Below, piece by piece: positions 10,445 to 19,584 of a stretch of 64,000 bases of DNA. Origin of the DNA: Sedimentisphaerales bacterium (GTDB lineage: Bacteria > Planctomycetota > Phycisphaerae > Sedimentisphaerales > SM23-30); assembly GCA_963663805.2 (NCBI GenBank), contig CAXXMR010000003.1, positions 128,001 through 192,000 of the forward strand, read 5' to 3'. The translations under genes and the position numbers were made by a program. The notes under the pieces are model-generated. The model saw only the letters and a list, made by a program, of their open reading frames with translations, did no database searches and was not told the origin of the DNA. The stretch's first letter is position 1, and each line of letters begins with the position of its first letter.

Positions 10445-10795
10445 GTAAAAATCTCCTATGAAATGTGTTTCAAAAAAAGCGCCACTCAAAACAAACTATC
10501 TATGACAACGCGACTGTTCCCGTCGCTCTCATGAGGTCACGTAACACCAAGTACCTAAAGGACTTATGAAACTTTAGTGTTTCCGCCAGAGTGCCAAGAT
10601 GGCGTATATTGCACCCATAGACCCTCTCGATGCATTTTACGCATTTTATATGTCCCGTTTTATTTTTTGGGGAGCTCAATTGTGATAGTCCTTCCTGTCT
10701 TGCGGTGTGTTCCTCTTTTTTCGGCCCGGCCCCCTGATTTAGGGGTTGCGGGGGCGGGAGTTTCCGCCCGCCCCGCACCCCCTTAGGGGGGCGAT

Positions 10796-11021
10796 AGTTT
10801 CCAGTTTCCAACGAGTTTCCACTCACCCTCTTGTAAGCTCTTATTGTAAAAGCATTTACAAATTTGCTTTTGGAAACTCCCAGCCAGTTTCCACCCAGGT
10901 CAGTTTCCAAAACCGAAGTTTCAGTTTCCATCGTGTAACCCTTTCATTTGCAACTACTTATAAGAGGGGGGGTGGAAACTCGCCTGGAAACTCGTCTTTC
11001 TCAGTTTCCACCCAGTTTCCA
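10796..11021. repeat. Cluster of 11 AGTTTCCA octamers, putative iteron origin
   Basis: Forward copies at 10796, 10803, 10814, 10886, 10902, 10923, 11003 and 11014; reverse copies at 10871, 10973 and 10985. Confidence 0.8.
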
Positions 11022-11028
11022 CCTAAAT

Positions 11029-11621
11029 CCAAGCTAATCCACCGGCTCTGCCGGTGAGAATTTATAAGGCTCTGCCGTTAAGTGCGTTACAATGGTCCTC
11101 CTTGAGGAAGGCTCCTGGGGTCAAGGAGGACACTATGAAAGACTGGCAGAGTCAGGCCCATGTAAAATGGGACTGTAAGTATCATGTTGTTATTGTACCC
11201 AAATATCGTCGCAAAGCAATATTTGGTAAGTTGCGAAAGGAAATAGGTGCGATATTGCGAGAATTGTGCCGCCAGTATGGGATAGAGCTTATAGAAGGTA
11301 ACGCCATGGCAGACCATATTCATATGCTCCTGAGCGTTCCGCCCAAGTACAGCATCGCTATGACCATCGGTTATCTCAAAGGTAAAAGTGCCATCCGGAT
11401 TTCTCGTGATCTGATGCGTACCAAAGGCACTCTCTTTGGCCGCAGTTTTTGGTCTCGCGGTTATTGTGTAAGTACCGTTGGTCTTGATGAAGCCCATATT
11501 CGTAAGTACATTCAAGATCAGGACAAGCATGAGCAAAATATTGAAAAAGGATTAGACTAACTGTAATGGCCCCTTTTAGGGGCCTTCCTCATACCACCGG
11601 CTCTGCCGGTGGTCATTGATT
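11029..11621 (+). mobile_element. IS200-type (tnpA only) element, copy 1
   Basis: 593 bp, matching 30799-31391 apart from one SNP seen. Subterminal hairpins CACCGGCTCTGCCGGTG at both ends; no TSD; preceded by CTAAAT. Confidence 0.92.
11135..11560 (+). CDS. tnpA: IS200/IS605 Y1 HUH transposase
   Basis: CKYHVVIVPKYRRK, DHIHML (HUH), FWSRGY, IRKYI..Q; GGAGG RBS before ATG 11135. Confidence 0.95.
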   Translation: MKDWQSQAHVKWDCKYHVVIVPKYRRKAIFGKLRKEIGAILRELCRQYGIELIEGNAMADHIHMLLSVPPKYSIAMTIGYLKGKSAIRISRDLMRTKGTLFGRSFWSRGYCVSTVGLDEAHIRKYIQDQDKHEQNIEKGLD

Positions 11622-13140
11622 TGCGTCTAACCTGGTTGACATACTGCCGGGTTACACCCACCTCGTCGGCGATGTTTTTGGTGTTGGCGTCCTGGTCATG
11701 GCTCAATAGTGCTGCTACCCAGAGAGATTTCTCGCCGGAAAAACCAGCGCGATATGCTATATATTTGGTGCCGCTACTGGTGCCAACCCGACAAGCCTGA
11801 CCCTGTCCGACAGCCGCTTCCAGCATTTCATCCACCCTCTGAGCGGGCAGACGGTACAGACGTTCGGCGTGATATTGAACCACGTGCTTGGGACAGGGGT
11901 CGTAGGGCTTGATGCAGTTTTCCACAAAATCAATCAGGGGCACCGCCGGAGCCTGGGCGACGATCCCGCTGATTTCCGGATCAATTACTTCCACTGCCGC
12001 TGAGGTTACCGGCTTACCTTCTTCATCGAAGATTTCTGGGATGATCACCTTATGCAGTTGCAGGGTAATGGGGTCCGGCGGTTCGGCATCTTTCATCTTC
12101 TTGGATGACAATAACAGCCGGTCCTGTTTTGTCAGGCAGTACTCAGCGTCCAGGGCGGCTTTGAGGGCCATGGCCCCCCGGGCCCGGTTCTTATCACCGT
12201 GCCCGGTGTGATGGATGATAAGGATGGTGCAGTTAAACTTTTCGCGAACAATGTCACAAGCCCGCACAAAACAGTTCATATCCTGCGTGGAATTCTCGTC
12301 CCCGCCCCCGAAGTTACGGGCCAGGGTATCAAAGACAACCAGTTCGGGTTTGCCGATCTCGTATTCAATATCCTCCATGAGCGATTCCAATTCTGCTCGA
12401 TCCGGCAGCGGTACCGCAGTGGCATTGTAAATCTGGGCATTTTCAAGACTGACATTGTTATAAGTTTCCCAGGCCTTGACCCGACGGCCCAGGCCGCCCT
12501 GACCTTCGCCCAGCAGATAAGCTACCGGTGCCGGTTTCACCGCCCGACCGCGCCAGGGTGTACCGGAGGCGATACGACAGGCCCAGTCCACCGCCACAAA
12601 ACTTTTGCCCGCACCCGGATCGCCAAATATCAGAGCGGTGGAATCCTTTTCCAGGATGCCGCGTAGCAGCCACTGGGGCGGACGAATCTCGAGCTGATCA
12701 AATCGCGTAAAACGTCGCTTACGCGGCTCGGGCTGCGGTGGGCTGCATTTGTTGACAATCCCCGAGATATCCACATCAACCGGGGCATTGCCGTAACCTT
12801 CAGATGCTAAAGTCGACAAAGCCGCTGCATAATCACCGTTATGTTCCAGCTGAGCGTAAACCCCAAACCGGCTATAGCCTTTACGGGTGGTGAAAGGCTC
12901 GGCATTATCGGTAAAGGGATAAAAGACCTGCCCATCAAAGGTGGCTGAATGCTGGCCGGAGCTTTTACCAGGCCGCCACCAGTATTGCTGGCCGGACTCG
13001 GATTTAAGAGTCCAACCGTGCTTTTCGAGAATGGGTGCGATATCACCGCGCCTGTTGAAATCATCGGCGACATCGTGAAAATTATGGGTGGCTGTGGGAA
13101 TATTGTGGCCCACATTTGACGGTAGGGGGGTAGGGGGGGG

Positions 13141-13260
13141 ATTATGGGAAGCACAGTCATCATTGTGGGCACTGTGGGTTTCACAATTACCATTGTGAAC
13201 ATTATGGGCTCCACAATCGGAATTATGAGCATTATGTGTCTCACAATTGTCATTGTGCGT
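13141..13260 (-). repeat. About 4 x 30-bp coding tandem repeat (HNxxCxxHNx)
   Basis: HNDNCETHNA HNSDCGAHNV HNGNCETHSA HNDDCASHN in the primase linker. Confidence 0.85.
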
Positions 13261-14073
13261 ATCACCGGCCAGATTATGCAACATCTCCGTTGACACCACC
13301 GACATCTGTTCCGGCGCCTCCACAATCTCCGCTATTCGATGCGGACGGTGCGGCAGTGAATCGCCCTTGCGGTTCCAGGTGCCCGGCAACCGACAGATGC
13401 GGGCGGCGTTGAAGACGCTCAAGTCCACCCGCACCTTATCCGTCGATACCGGTTTCAGGGCCTGCAGACAGCGCTGGATGAGGCCCTCGTCAGACGCCGG
13501 CAGATCGATACGATACATCAGATAATAACCATTACCCGAATCCACCGTCAGCGAGCGGGGCCAGTTCATGGAGGCGAGCCCCTCCTGAATCTCGGCCATC
13601 TTATCGAAGGCGAGTTCTTTCTCGGCGTCGGTAGCTGAGATGCCCGACGGCCTGACGGCATCGACATCGATCAACAGCCAACGCCGGTGCAGAATATCGC
13701 CATCGCTGGTAGTCTCACCGCTGCGGGCCTTCTTGAGCCGGTTCTGCGCCCGGGCCAGCAGATCCAGGTTCACCGGGTTCAGGGTGATATACACCCCGCC
13801 ATAAGTCTTGAAGTTGGCCAGGCAGTTGGGCACCGAATCGAGATGTTCATATTCGAAATAGCCGCTCTCGGTATGCGCCCAGTTGCTATTGGGGCAGTAC
13901 CGCATCCAGCACACGTATCTCGAATACATCACCCGGCTCGAATAATATCTTTAAGGCAGAGGTAATTACATTATTATCCATGGGGTTATGTCATCCTGAG
14001 GTTTTTATCTAAATGAGATTTGACTTCCTGCCGATAAGTAATTATAATGTAATTACCTGAACCATATGGAGAC

Positions 14074-14323
14074 TTGATGATGCACGTTAGTTTGATAAAA
14101 ATAGGTAATTCCCAGGGCATTCGCCTGCCCAAGACGATTGTGGAGCAACTGAGCCTCAGTGAAGAGCTGGACCTGCAAGTCATTGATGATGCAGTGGTTA
14201 TCCGCAACGCGGCCATACCCCGGGCCGGCTGGGCCCAGGCGGCCGTCCGATGTCATAGCGCCCGGTGATGATCAGTTTGAGGACTGGGACGCGGTCACAT
14301 CTGATTTCCCTGAGGATTTTTAA
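14074..14323 (+). pseudogene. MazE/AbrB antitoxin, frameshifted near 14262
   Basis: LIKIGNSQGIRLPK...RAGW. Removing one C from GCCCGGTGA gives the acidic tail AGDDQFEDWDAVTSDFPEDF*, ending 3 nt before the toxin. Confidence 0.8.
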
Positions 14324-14326
14324 GCC

Positions 14327-14641
14327 ATGAAGAGATTTGATATCTACTTGGTGAATCTCGATCCCACTATCGGCAGTGAAATCAAGAAGACCCGCCCGGC
14401 CGTCATCGTCTCGCCCGACGAGCTCAACGAGCACCTGGCCACCGTAGTGGTGGTGCCGCTGACCACAGGACGCAGTTATCCCTTCCGTATCGCCACCAAG
14501 GTAAAGGGAAAGCCAGGCGTGGCGGCCATCGATCAGATTCGCACCGTCGACAAGAGAAGACTCATCAAACGTCTGGGCACCCTGCACGCCCGGACCAGCG
14601 AGAAAATCCTGGAGGCGCTGGCGGAGATGTTCGCGGTATAA
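14327..14641 (+). CDS. MazF/PemK endoribonuclease toxin
   Basis: DIYLVNLDPTIGSEIKKTRPAVIVS...VVPLTT...DQIRTVDKRRL. Confidence 0.93.
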   Translation: MKRFDIYLVNLDPTIGSEIKKTRPAVIVSPDELNEHLATVVVVPLTTGRSYPFRIATKVKGKPGVAAIDQIRTVDKRRLIKRLGTLHARTSEKILEALAEMFAV

Positions 14642-14684
14642 TTCCGCGCTCCGAGCCAGGGCCTGATATTTGGGAAATATCCAA

Positions 14685-15068
14685 TTATTCATGATTTTCC
14701 TTTTTCTGAGTGAAGGCCGGGTTATGCTGAGCCCAATCAGCCCAGCTTCTCACCAGGTTCTTGAGTCCTTCCTGATTCATGGAGACCTGCGGCTCGATCT
14801 TGCCGTCGAAGATGTAACTGACCCCGAAAATATCCATGGTCTCGGTGTCGGCTTCCACTACCAGCACCGTGGCCGGACATAACCGGGTCAAGCGCTCAAA
14901 GAGAATCTGCTGGCCCCGGGGGATGCGGCCATGTTCCTTGAATTCCAAAAACAGCAGATTCCCCTGAATCTCCACCAGCCCATCCACATCGCCCAGTGCG
15001 ATCTTACCGGGCAGGCAATCGGCGAAGATTTCTGCCCCAAACGTCTTAGCATTAGTTGTATCAATCAT
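14685..15068 (-). CDS. Phage-type hypothetical protein, possible PD-(D/E)XK fold
   Basis: GDVDGLVE...FLEFK; in operon context. Confidence 0.6.
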   Translation of the reverse strand: MIDTTNAKTFGAEIFADCLPGKIALGDVDGLVEIQGNLLFLEFKEHGRIPRGQQILFERLTRLCPATVLVVEADTETMDIFGVSYIFDGKIEPQVSMNQEGLKNLVRSWADWAQHNPAFTQKKENHE

Positions 15069-15082
15069 GATATTTTCCTTTA

Positions 15083-16828
15083 TCAGAAGGGTAATTCTTC
15101 TTCATCCCAGTTGGTTCCCATACTGGACGGTTCAAAAACATTCTCTTCTTCAACCTCGTCATCCCAGCCCGGTTCAGGGGCATACTCCGGTTTTTCGCCC
15201 AGTTCACAGCCGATTACCCGGTCAAACTTCTCGCCCGAGACACTGCGTACAGTGATCATCTTCGTGCGGGCCAGGGCACCATCATCGGCCAGCAGAACCG
15301 CTTCATGGGCACTGCGGGGCGGCGGACACATGGAACGCTGGCTCCACCATTTCTCGAACTTCTGTCGGGCCCAGCCGCTATGTTCGGGACATACCCACTC
15401 GCTGACGTAATGGTGCCAGCCCACCTGATATTGCACCCGCATGGTCCGGGGCGTGTTTTCGTCCGCCCTGCGTTTGGTATGTACCCCATAAAAAACATCT
15501 TGAACGGTATATTCGGTATCTTCAATTTCACCGGTGAGCACCGCTGCGGTATCAGCCTGGGCTTCATGACGGTTTTTATTGGGGGCGGGGAATTCGAAAC
15601 CGCATTCCGGACAGACGGCATAGGCCGCGTGGATGAGGGCCTGGCATTCGGGACACTCCTTGGCGGGGGCTTCGCCGGAACCAGTGGATTTATCTTTAAT
15701 CTGCAGAGCATCCACCGGTCCGTGCCGCAGGATATTTCCCGCGAAATCCAAAACCAGGCAATCCTGCTTCTCGGGATGCAGTCGAAAGCCTCGACCCACG
15801 CACTGATAATACAAGCCCGGTGAATTAGTGGGCCGCAGCAGAACCACACAATCGACATTGGGCGCATCAAAACCGGTGGTCAGGACATTGACATTCACGA
15901 GGTATTTCAGAGGTGGTTTGACATTACCAAACAAATCCGCCTTCACTTCTTCACGCTTAAAACGCGCCAGGATTTCAGCGCGTTCTGGGGCGGGGGTATT
16001 CCCGGTGATGAGCTGTACCTCCTGATGGCTGCGTTTCTGCAGCGTCTGCTGGATGTGTCGGGCATGTTGAATACCGGCGGCGAAGATCAAGACACTGCTG
16101 CGATTTTCGGTCTGTTCCAGAATTTCTTCACAGGCCGAAGTGACCAGGGCCTCTTCATCCATCAAATCTTCCACTTCCGCGGCGATGAACTCACCCCCGC
16201 GAATGTGCAGAGCCGAGGTGTCGACTTTACGCCGGCCCGCCTTACTCTTAAGCGGGCACAGATAACCCTGCACAATCAGCTCGCGCACACCTACTTCATA
16301 ACATACGTGATTGAGCAGATTTTCCGGCCCGCAGATCATACCCGTGGTCATCCGGTACGGTGTGGCTGTCAAACCGATTAATCTGACGTTCGGGTTGACA
16401 ACCTGCGCATCAGCCAGAAAAGATCTATAGCGTCCTTCGCCGCTCTCGGGGACCAAGTGGCATTCATCGGCTATAATCAGATCGAATGGGCCCAGCTCAC
16501 AGGCTCGCTTGTAAATTGACTGAATACCTGCCACTACTACCGGATTGTCCGTATCGCGCCGCTTCAATCCTGCCGAATAGACTCCGACATCAAGATTGTC
16601 GGAAATTCGGGATAAGGTAGCCGCCGATTGTTCGAGCAGTTCCTTTACGTGAGCGAGGATCAGCACCCGCCCACCCCATTGCAGAACGGCATCCCGACAA
16701 ATGGTCGCCATCAGGGGTGTTTTGCCTCCTGCTGTTGGGATCACCACACAGGGATTGTCATCCCGTTGCCGCAGATGCTGATAAACCGCATCGACGGCTT
16801 CCTGTTGATAGTTCCGTAATTGCAGCAT
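15083..16828 (-). CDS. SF2 helicase (RadD/YejH-like phage type) with Zn ribbon
   Basis: LRNYQ, PTAGGKT, DECH, LTATPYR, LTTGFDAP, Q.VGRG.R, CPEC...CPEC. Confidence 0.92.
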   Translation of the reverse strand: MLQLRNYQQEAVDAVYQHLRQRDDNPCVVIPTAGGKTPLMATICRDAVLQWGGRVLILAHVKELLEQSAATLSRISDNLDVGVYSAGLKRRDTDNPVVVAGIQSIYKRACELGPFDLIIADECHLVPESGEGRYRSFLADAQVVNPNVRLIGLTATPYRMTTGMICGPENLLNHVCYEVGVRELIVQGYLCPLKSKAGRRKVDTSALHIRGGEFIAAEVEDLMDEEALVTSACEEILEQTENRSSVLIFAAGIQHARHIQQTLQKRSHQEVQLITGNTPAPERAEILARFKREEVKADLFGNVKPPLKYLVNVNVLTTGFDAPNVDCVVLLRPTNSPGLYYQCVGRGFRLHPEKQDCLVLDFAGNILRHGPVDALQIKDKSTGSGEAPAKECPECQALIHAAYAVCPECGFEFPAPNKNRHEAQADTAAVLTGEIEDTEYTVQDVFYGVHTKRRADENTPRTMRVQYQVGWHHYVSEWVCPEHSGWARQKFEKWWSQRSMCPPPRSAHEAVLLADDGALARTKMITVRSVSGEKFDRVIGCELGEKPEYAPEPGWDDEVEEENVFEPSSMGTNWDEEELPF

Positions 16829-16968
16829 TAGAATGTCACCACGGTTGTTAGGGCTGCCGCTGCCAGCCAGTAAATCACCTTCCGCCAGTCGCTGCCCAGA
16901 TACATTACCGAGGCCGCCAGGTCCAAAAATATGAGCAGCAGGGGGAATATTTGAGTCTTATCTATCAT
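16828..16968 (-). CDS. 46-aa membrane protein
   Basis: Hand translation MIDKTQIFPLLLIFLDLAASVMYLGSDWRKVIYWLAAAALTTVVTF*; ATGA and TAATG overlaps couple it to both neighbours. Confidence 0.7.
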   Translation of the reverse strand: MIDKTQIFPLLLIFLDLAASVMYLGSDWRKVIYWLAAAALTTVVTF

Positions 16969-17567
16969 TTGTTCCTCTTGATTTCGTATGCGAATAAAGA
17001 TTTGGGTTTACCGTTAATAATCTCTGCGTCGCCCTCTTCGACCGCCTTTCTGAGTCGATATGAGTAAGGCCTGTCTACGGTTAAGCTGCGCGGATGATAA
17101 AGTTTGTCCTGCCATCGGACATGCTTGGTGGGCGGGGTATCCCTGACATACTGAAAATTAGCGGCCCGGTAACAGGTGCCGACATGGCCCACGGTCTGAT
17201 CGGAGAAGGTGTAAATCATACCGACGTCGGTGTTCTTTCTGAGCCACCAGATAATTTTGGCCAGGAAGTAACTGGCGGTATTCTGAGGACAATCTGGATG
17301 CAGCACCATGCGGCGAATTTCTATGGCATCATCTTCGTAACTATTCTGATGCCGCATGGGGCCCAGCACCGCACCGCCGTAAACACTGCCTTCAAACTCT
17401 AAAACCAGGTTATGACTGATACTGCCGCCTATTTTGGAGTGTTTGTAATGATATTTCTCCAGCAGGTCGCTGAACTCCCGGAATTTACCCGGCCTGATCC
17501 TGAGCAGATGCGGTGAGATGGGAATCGAACCCTCTTCTTCGAATTGGAATGTTCGCTGTGTTACCAT
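16965..17567 (-). CDS. Mom-like (GNAT-fold) DNA adenine modification protein
   Basis: KYHY, YGGAVLG, EIRRM...P.NTAS.F, TFSD...GHVGTCYRAANF, the pattern I recognise from Mom-family proteins. Confidence 0.8.
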   Translation of the reverse strand: MVTQRTFQFEEEGSIPISPHLLRIRPGKFREFSDLLEKYHYKHSKIGGSISHNLVLEFEGSVYGGAVLGPMRHQNSYEDDAIEIRRMVLHPDCPQNTASYFLAKIIWWLRKNTDVGMIYTFSDQTVGHVGTCYRAANFQYVRDTPPTKHVRWQDKLYHPRSLTVDRPYSYRLRKAVEEGDAEIINGKPKSLFAYEIKRNK

Positions 17568-17581
17568 TACACTATCACCGC
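17510..17581 (-). ncRNA. tRNA-Gly(UCC)-like cloverleaf overlapping the Mom-like start codon
   Basis: GCGGTGA/TCACCGC acceptor stem, GTGT-AATGGTA-ACAC D arm, TTCCAA anticodon loop, GGG-TTCGATT-CCC T arm. Anticodon and T stems are irregular and no CCA is encoded. Confidence 0.75.
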
Positions 17582-17616
17582 TTTCTTGCTCAAAAAGTCC
17601 CGCAAAATAAATATAT

Positions 17617-18357
17617 TTACTTCGGCGCTATCGCATCATTTCCCCGAACAACAGAGATGATGGTGTGGGCAATGTTCAAAGACATTGGTTCACCCATGGC
17701 ACTGATGATGGTATGGGCGGCACAACGGGGGTCGTAAGTTAATTCGAGAGCCGCCCGACTCTCGCAGGTGCCGCATTCCCGGACCGTTGTTAAAGTGTCG
17801 AGTTTCGGGCCGTCAGATTTCCGGGTGGTCTTCTTGTTCCCGATTTTCGCGGTGTTCATCCGGGCGATGGTGCCGTGTTTGGTAACGTAATAGCGGGGCT
17901 GGGATATCTCGCCGCCTGACCCAGGCATTGAGCGACGATAATCATCAACCATACCATTGCTCACTCCACACCGCCTGGCAATTTCCCGGCTACTCCAATT
18001 ACTCCACTCAGCATCTTTCAGGAGTGTCCCCACGGCCTTACGCTTATCCGCGTTCGTCCGCCGCAGCCCGTGGCGGGCGTTGGCACCCACCGAATAAAGA
18101 ATTGCATCCCGCCGACTGCCCTGGTGAACTTCAGCCGTAATCTGGCAGTTGTTGATCCAGTTATGGGCCCAGTACCGATGAAAGCCGTCAGCCAGCCAAT
18201 ATGAGAACCCGTCACAAAATACCGTTACCGGCGGCAACTCAATCCCGCTTTTGAGCAGTTCGGCATATTCCGAAACCACCTCGGTATTAATCTCCACCCG
18301 TGACTGGGTACCGCCGTCGATACGGATATCTTCAATCTCCAATGTCTGTATTTTCAT
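17617..18357 (-). CDS. ParB/Srx-like N-terminal domain protein with HTH
   Basis: IRIDGGTQSR, LADGFHRY.A, ANARHGL, WSSREIARRCGVS. Confidence 0.8.
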   Translation of the reverse strand: MKIQTLEIEDIRIDGGTQSRVEINTEVVSEYAELLKSGIELPPVTVFCDGFSYWLADGFHRYWAHNWINNCQITAEVHQGSRRDAILYSVGANARHGLRRTNADKRKAVGTLLKDAEWSNWSSREIARRCGVSNGMVDDYRRSMPGSGGEISQPRYYVTKHGTIARMNTAKIGNKKTTRKSDGPKLDTLTTVRECGTCESRAALELTYDPRCAAHTIISAMGEPMSLNIAHTIISVVRGNDAIAPK

Positions 18358-18374
18358 TATTTGCCTTTCTGCGT

Positions 18375-18620
18375 TTATTCCTGTCCGGACAGTTCATTGA
18401 CCCGGGATTTCAGTTCACCACGAATAACATCAGTCTTCTGATGCAGTTGATTGATCTGCTGGCGCTTTTCCTGAAATTCCTGCAGATTCTTTTGGGCCTG
18501 AACGTTAAGCCGATCAACCGGCTCATTGACATCCTTCTTGGCAACAGATTCCTGGGTGGAGAGTATGCCGAAAACAAAACCGATCCCTACCCCTATCATG
18601 GCGCCAAATGCATATTCCAT
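18375..18620 (-). CDS. Small membrane-anchored coiled-coil protein
   Basis: Hydrophobic N-terminus; GAAAGGA RBS. Confidence 0.65.
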   Translation of the reverse strand: MEYAFGAMIGVGIGFVFGILSTQESVAKKDVNEPVDRLNVQAQKNLQEFQEKRQQINQLHQKTDVIRGELKSRVNELSGQE

Positions 18621-18638
18621 AACTTATCCTTTCATTTG

Positions 18639-18935
18639 TTAGTCAAATTCATCCAGTAACTTAATCAGCGGTTCTCGATCACCATCGTTCCAGCGCCAGC
18701 ATTCGACGGTAGCCTGGGACGGCAGGTTCTTACCTGCCGCCCGCAAGCTCTCGCGTTCCTCAGGCCGGGGCCAGCCGTTGGCCTTGACCTGAATGCAACG
18801 CATACCGAGGCGATTCGTGGCGATAATATCGAACGGCCCCAGCGAGGCCGCCGAACGCATACACTGATAGCCCGCTGCCCGCAGCAGCTTGATGGTCTTG
18901 TATTCCAGGCGATTGCCCTTGGCTTTGGTGTTCAT
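18639..18935 (-). CDS. Hjc-like Holliday junction resolvase
   Basis: KGNRLE...GY...RSAAS..PFDIIA...IQVK. Confidence 0.8.
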   Translation of the reverse strand: MNTKAKGNRLEYKTIKLLRAAGYQCMRSAASLGPFDIIATNRLGMRCIQVKANGWPRPEERESLRAAGKNLPSQATVECWRWNDGDREPLIKLLDEFD

Positions 18936-18937
18936 AA

Positions 18938-19411
18938 TCAGCGGCTCCAGGGTGCGGCGTTATTGAGGGCCTGAGGGGCGGGAGTGGATGGCACAGCGTT
19001 CGGACTGAAGGCCGCCTCTTTTTTCTCGTAGCCCTTGATCTCGTTACTGATCTCGCCGTTGTCCTCACGTTTCTTGCAGATGACCTTGACACTCACGGGC
19101 AGGTTATGCAGCTCCACCGAGTCCCGCGGCTGCATCACGCCCACCGCCCGGCAGATAGCCGACAGTTCGCCGCGGGCAATCTGGACCGCCTGGCCGTTGG
19201 GATTATCCAGATTCAGCCGGGTCCACAACTTACGGCCCTTATATTGACCTTCCAAAACATCGAAGGTCAGCTCCAGATAGTGGCCAGCGCCGTTCTTAGT
19301 CGGCTTCATCTCCGATTCAGTGATCGCCGCCAGATATTTACCGGCGGGGATCGGGTCAAAAGCGGCCAGAGGTTCAACTGTGTTCGCATCAAAATTGTTT
19401 AGATGTGCCAT
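18938..19411 (-). CDS. DUF669 protein (phage SSB-like)
   Basis: IPAGKY.A.I..SE.K.TK.G.G.YL.L.F.V.EG.Y.GR. Confidence 0.85.
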   Translation of the reverse strand: MAHLNNFDANTVEPLAAFDPIPAGKYLAAITESEMKPTKNGAGHYLELTFDVLEGQYKGRKLWTRLNLDNPNGQAVQIARGELSAICRAVGVMQPRDSVELHNLPVSVKVICKKREDNGEISNEIKGYEKKEAAFSPNAVPSTPAPQALNNAAPWSR

Positions 19412-19574
19412 GAGAGAGTCCTTTCTTTAATTGAGAGTTAATTTCTTTTTCGATTTCTGCCAGCACCTGGCAATATGTAAATCCACAGTAGGGACAGGAG
19501 GAGTAGTCTGTATTGACCCGGGCCTCGCGTCCGCAATTATCACAGACCTGAACATCACGGGGGTTTTTCGCCAT
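19389..19574 (-). CDS. Small Zn-ribbon protein
   Basis: CDNC...CPYC; in operon. Confidence 0.55.
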   Translation of the reverse strand: MAKNPRDVQVCDNCGREARVNTDYSSCPYCGFTYCQVLAEIEKEINSQLKKGLSHGTSKQF

Positions 19575-19584
19575 CTGCGCCCCC

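Larger units (their letters stand above)
10958..13981 (-). pseudogene. Primase / AAA_25 (RepA-like) helicase, frameshifted near 13892 and IS200-interrupted near its 3' end
   Basis: N-terminus MDNNVITSALKILFEPGDVFEIRVLDA joins the main ORF if one C of CCCC is removed. Primase-like IDVD and DSGNG motifs; Walker A GDPGAGKS; VFDTL; IHHTG. Removing the IS gives the C-terminus VRRNLGGNWVETEKDEFPGEFPPPLL*. Confidence 0.8.

Noticed and set aside
10545..10560. TTTAGGTACTT as a cos-like packaging site upstream of the MTase
   Set aside because: Only a vague recollection of similar motifs, and there is no terminase in the window to support it.
10500..10931. 143-aa minus-strand ORF
   Set aside because: Its sequence is dictated by the octamer repeats and hairpins; no protein-like features.
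10796..11021. CRISPR array
   Set aside because: Repeats are 8 bp, irregularly spaced and in both orientations; no cas genes.
17510..17581. Canonical functional tRNA or integration site
   Set aside because: Bulged anticodon and T stems, A73, no CCA, mid-operon position and no duplicated 3' end noticed; kept as a tRNA-like element.
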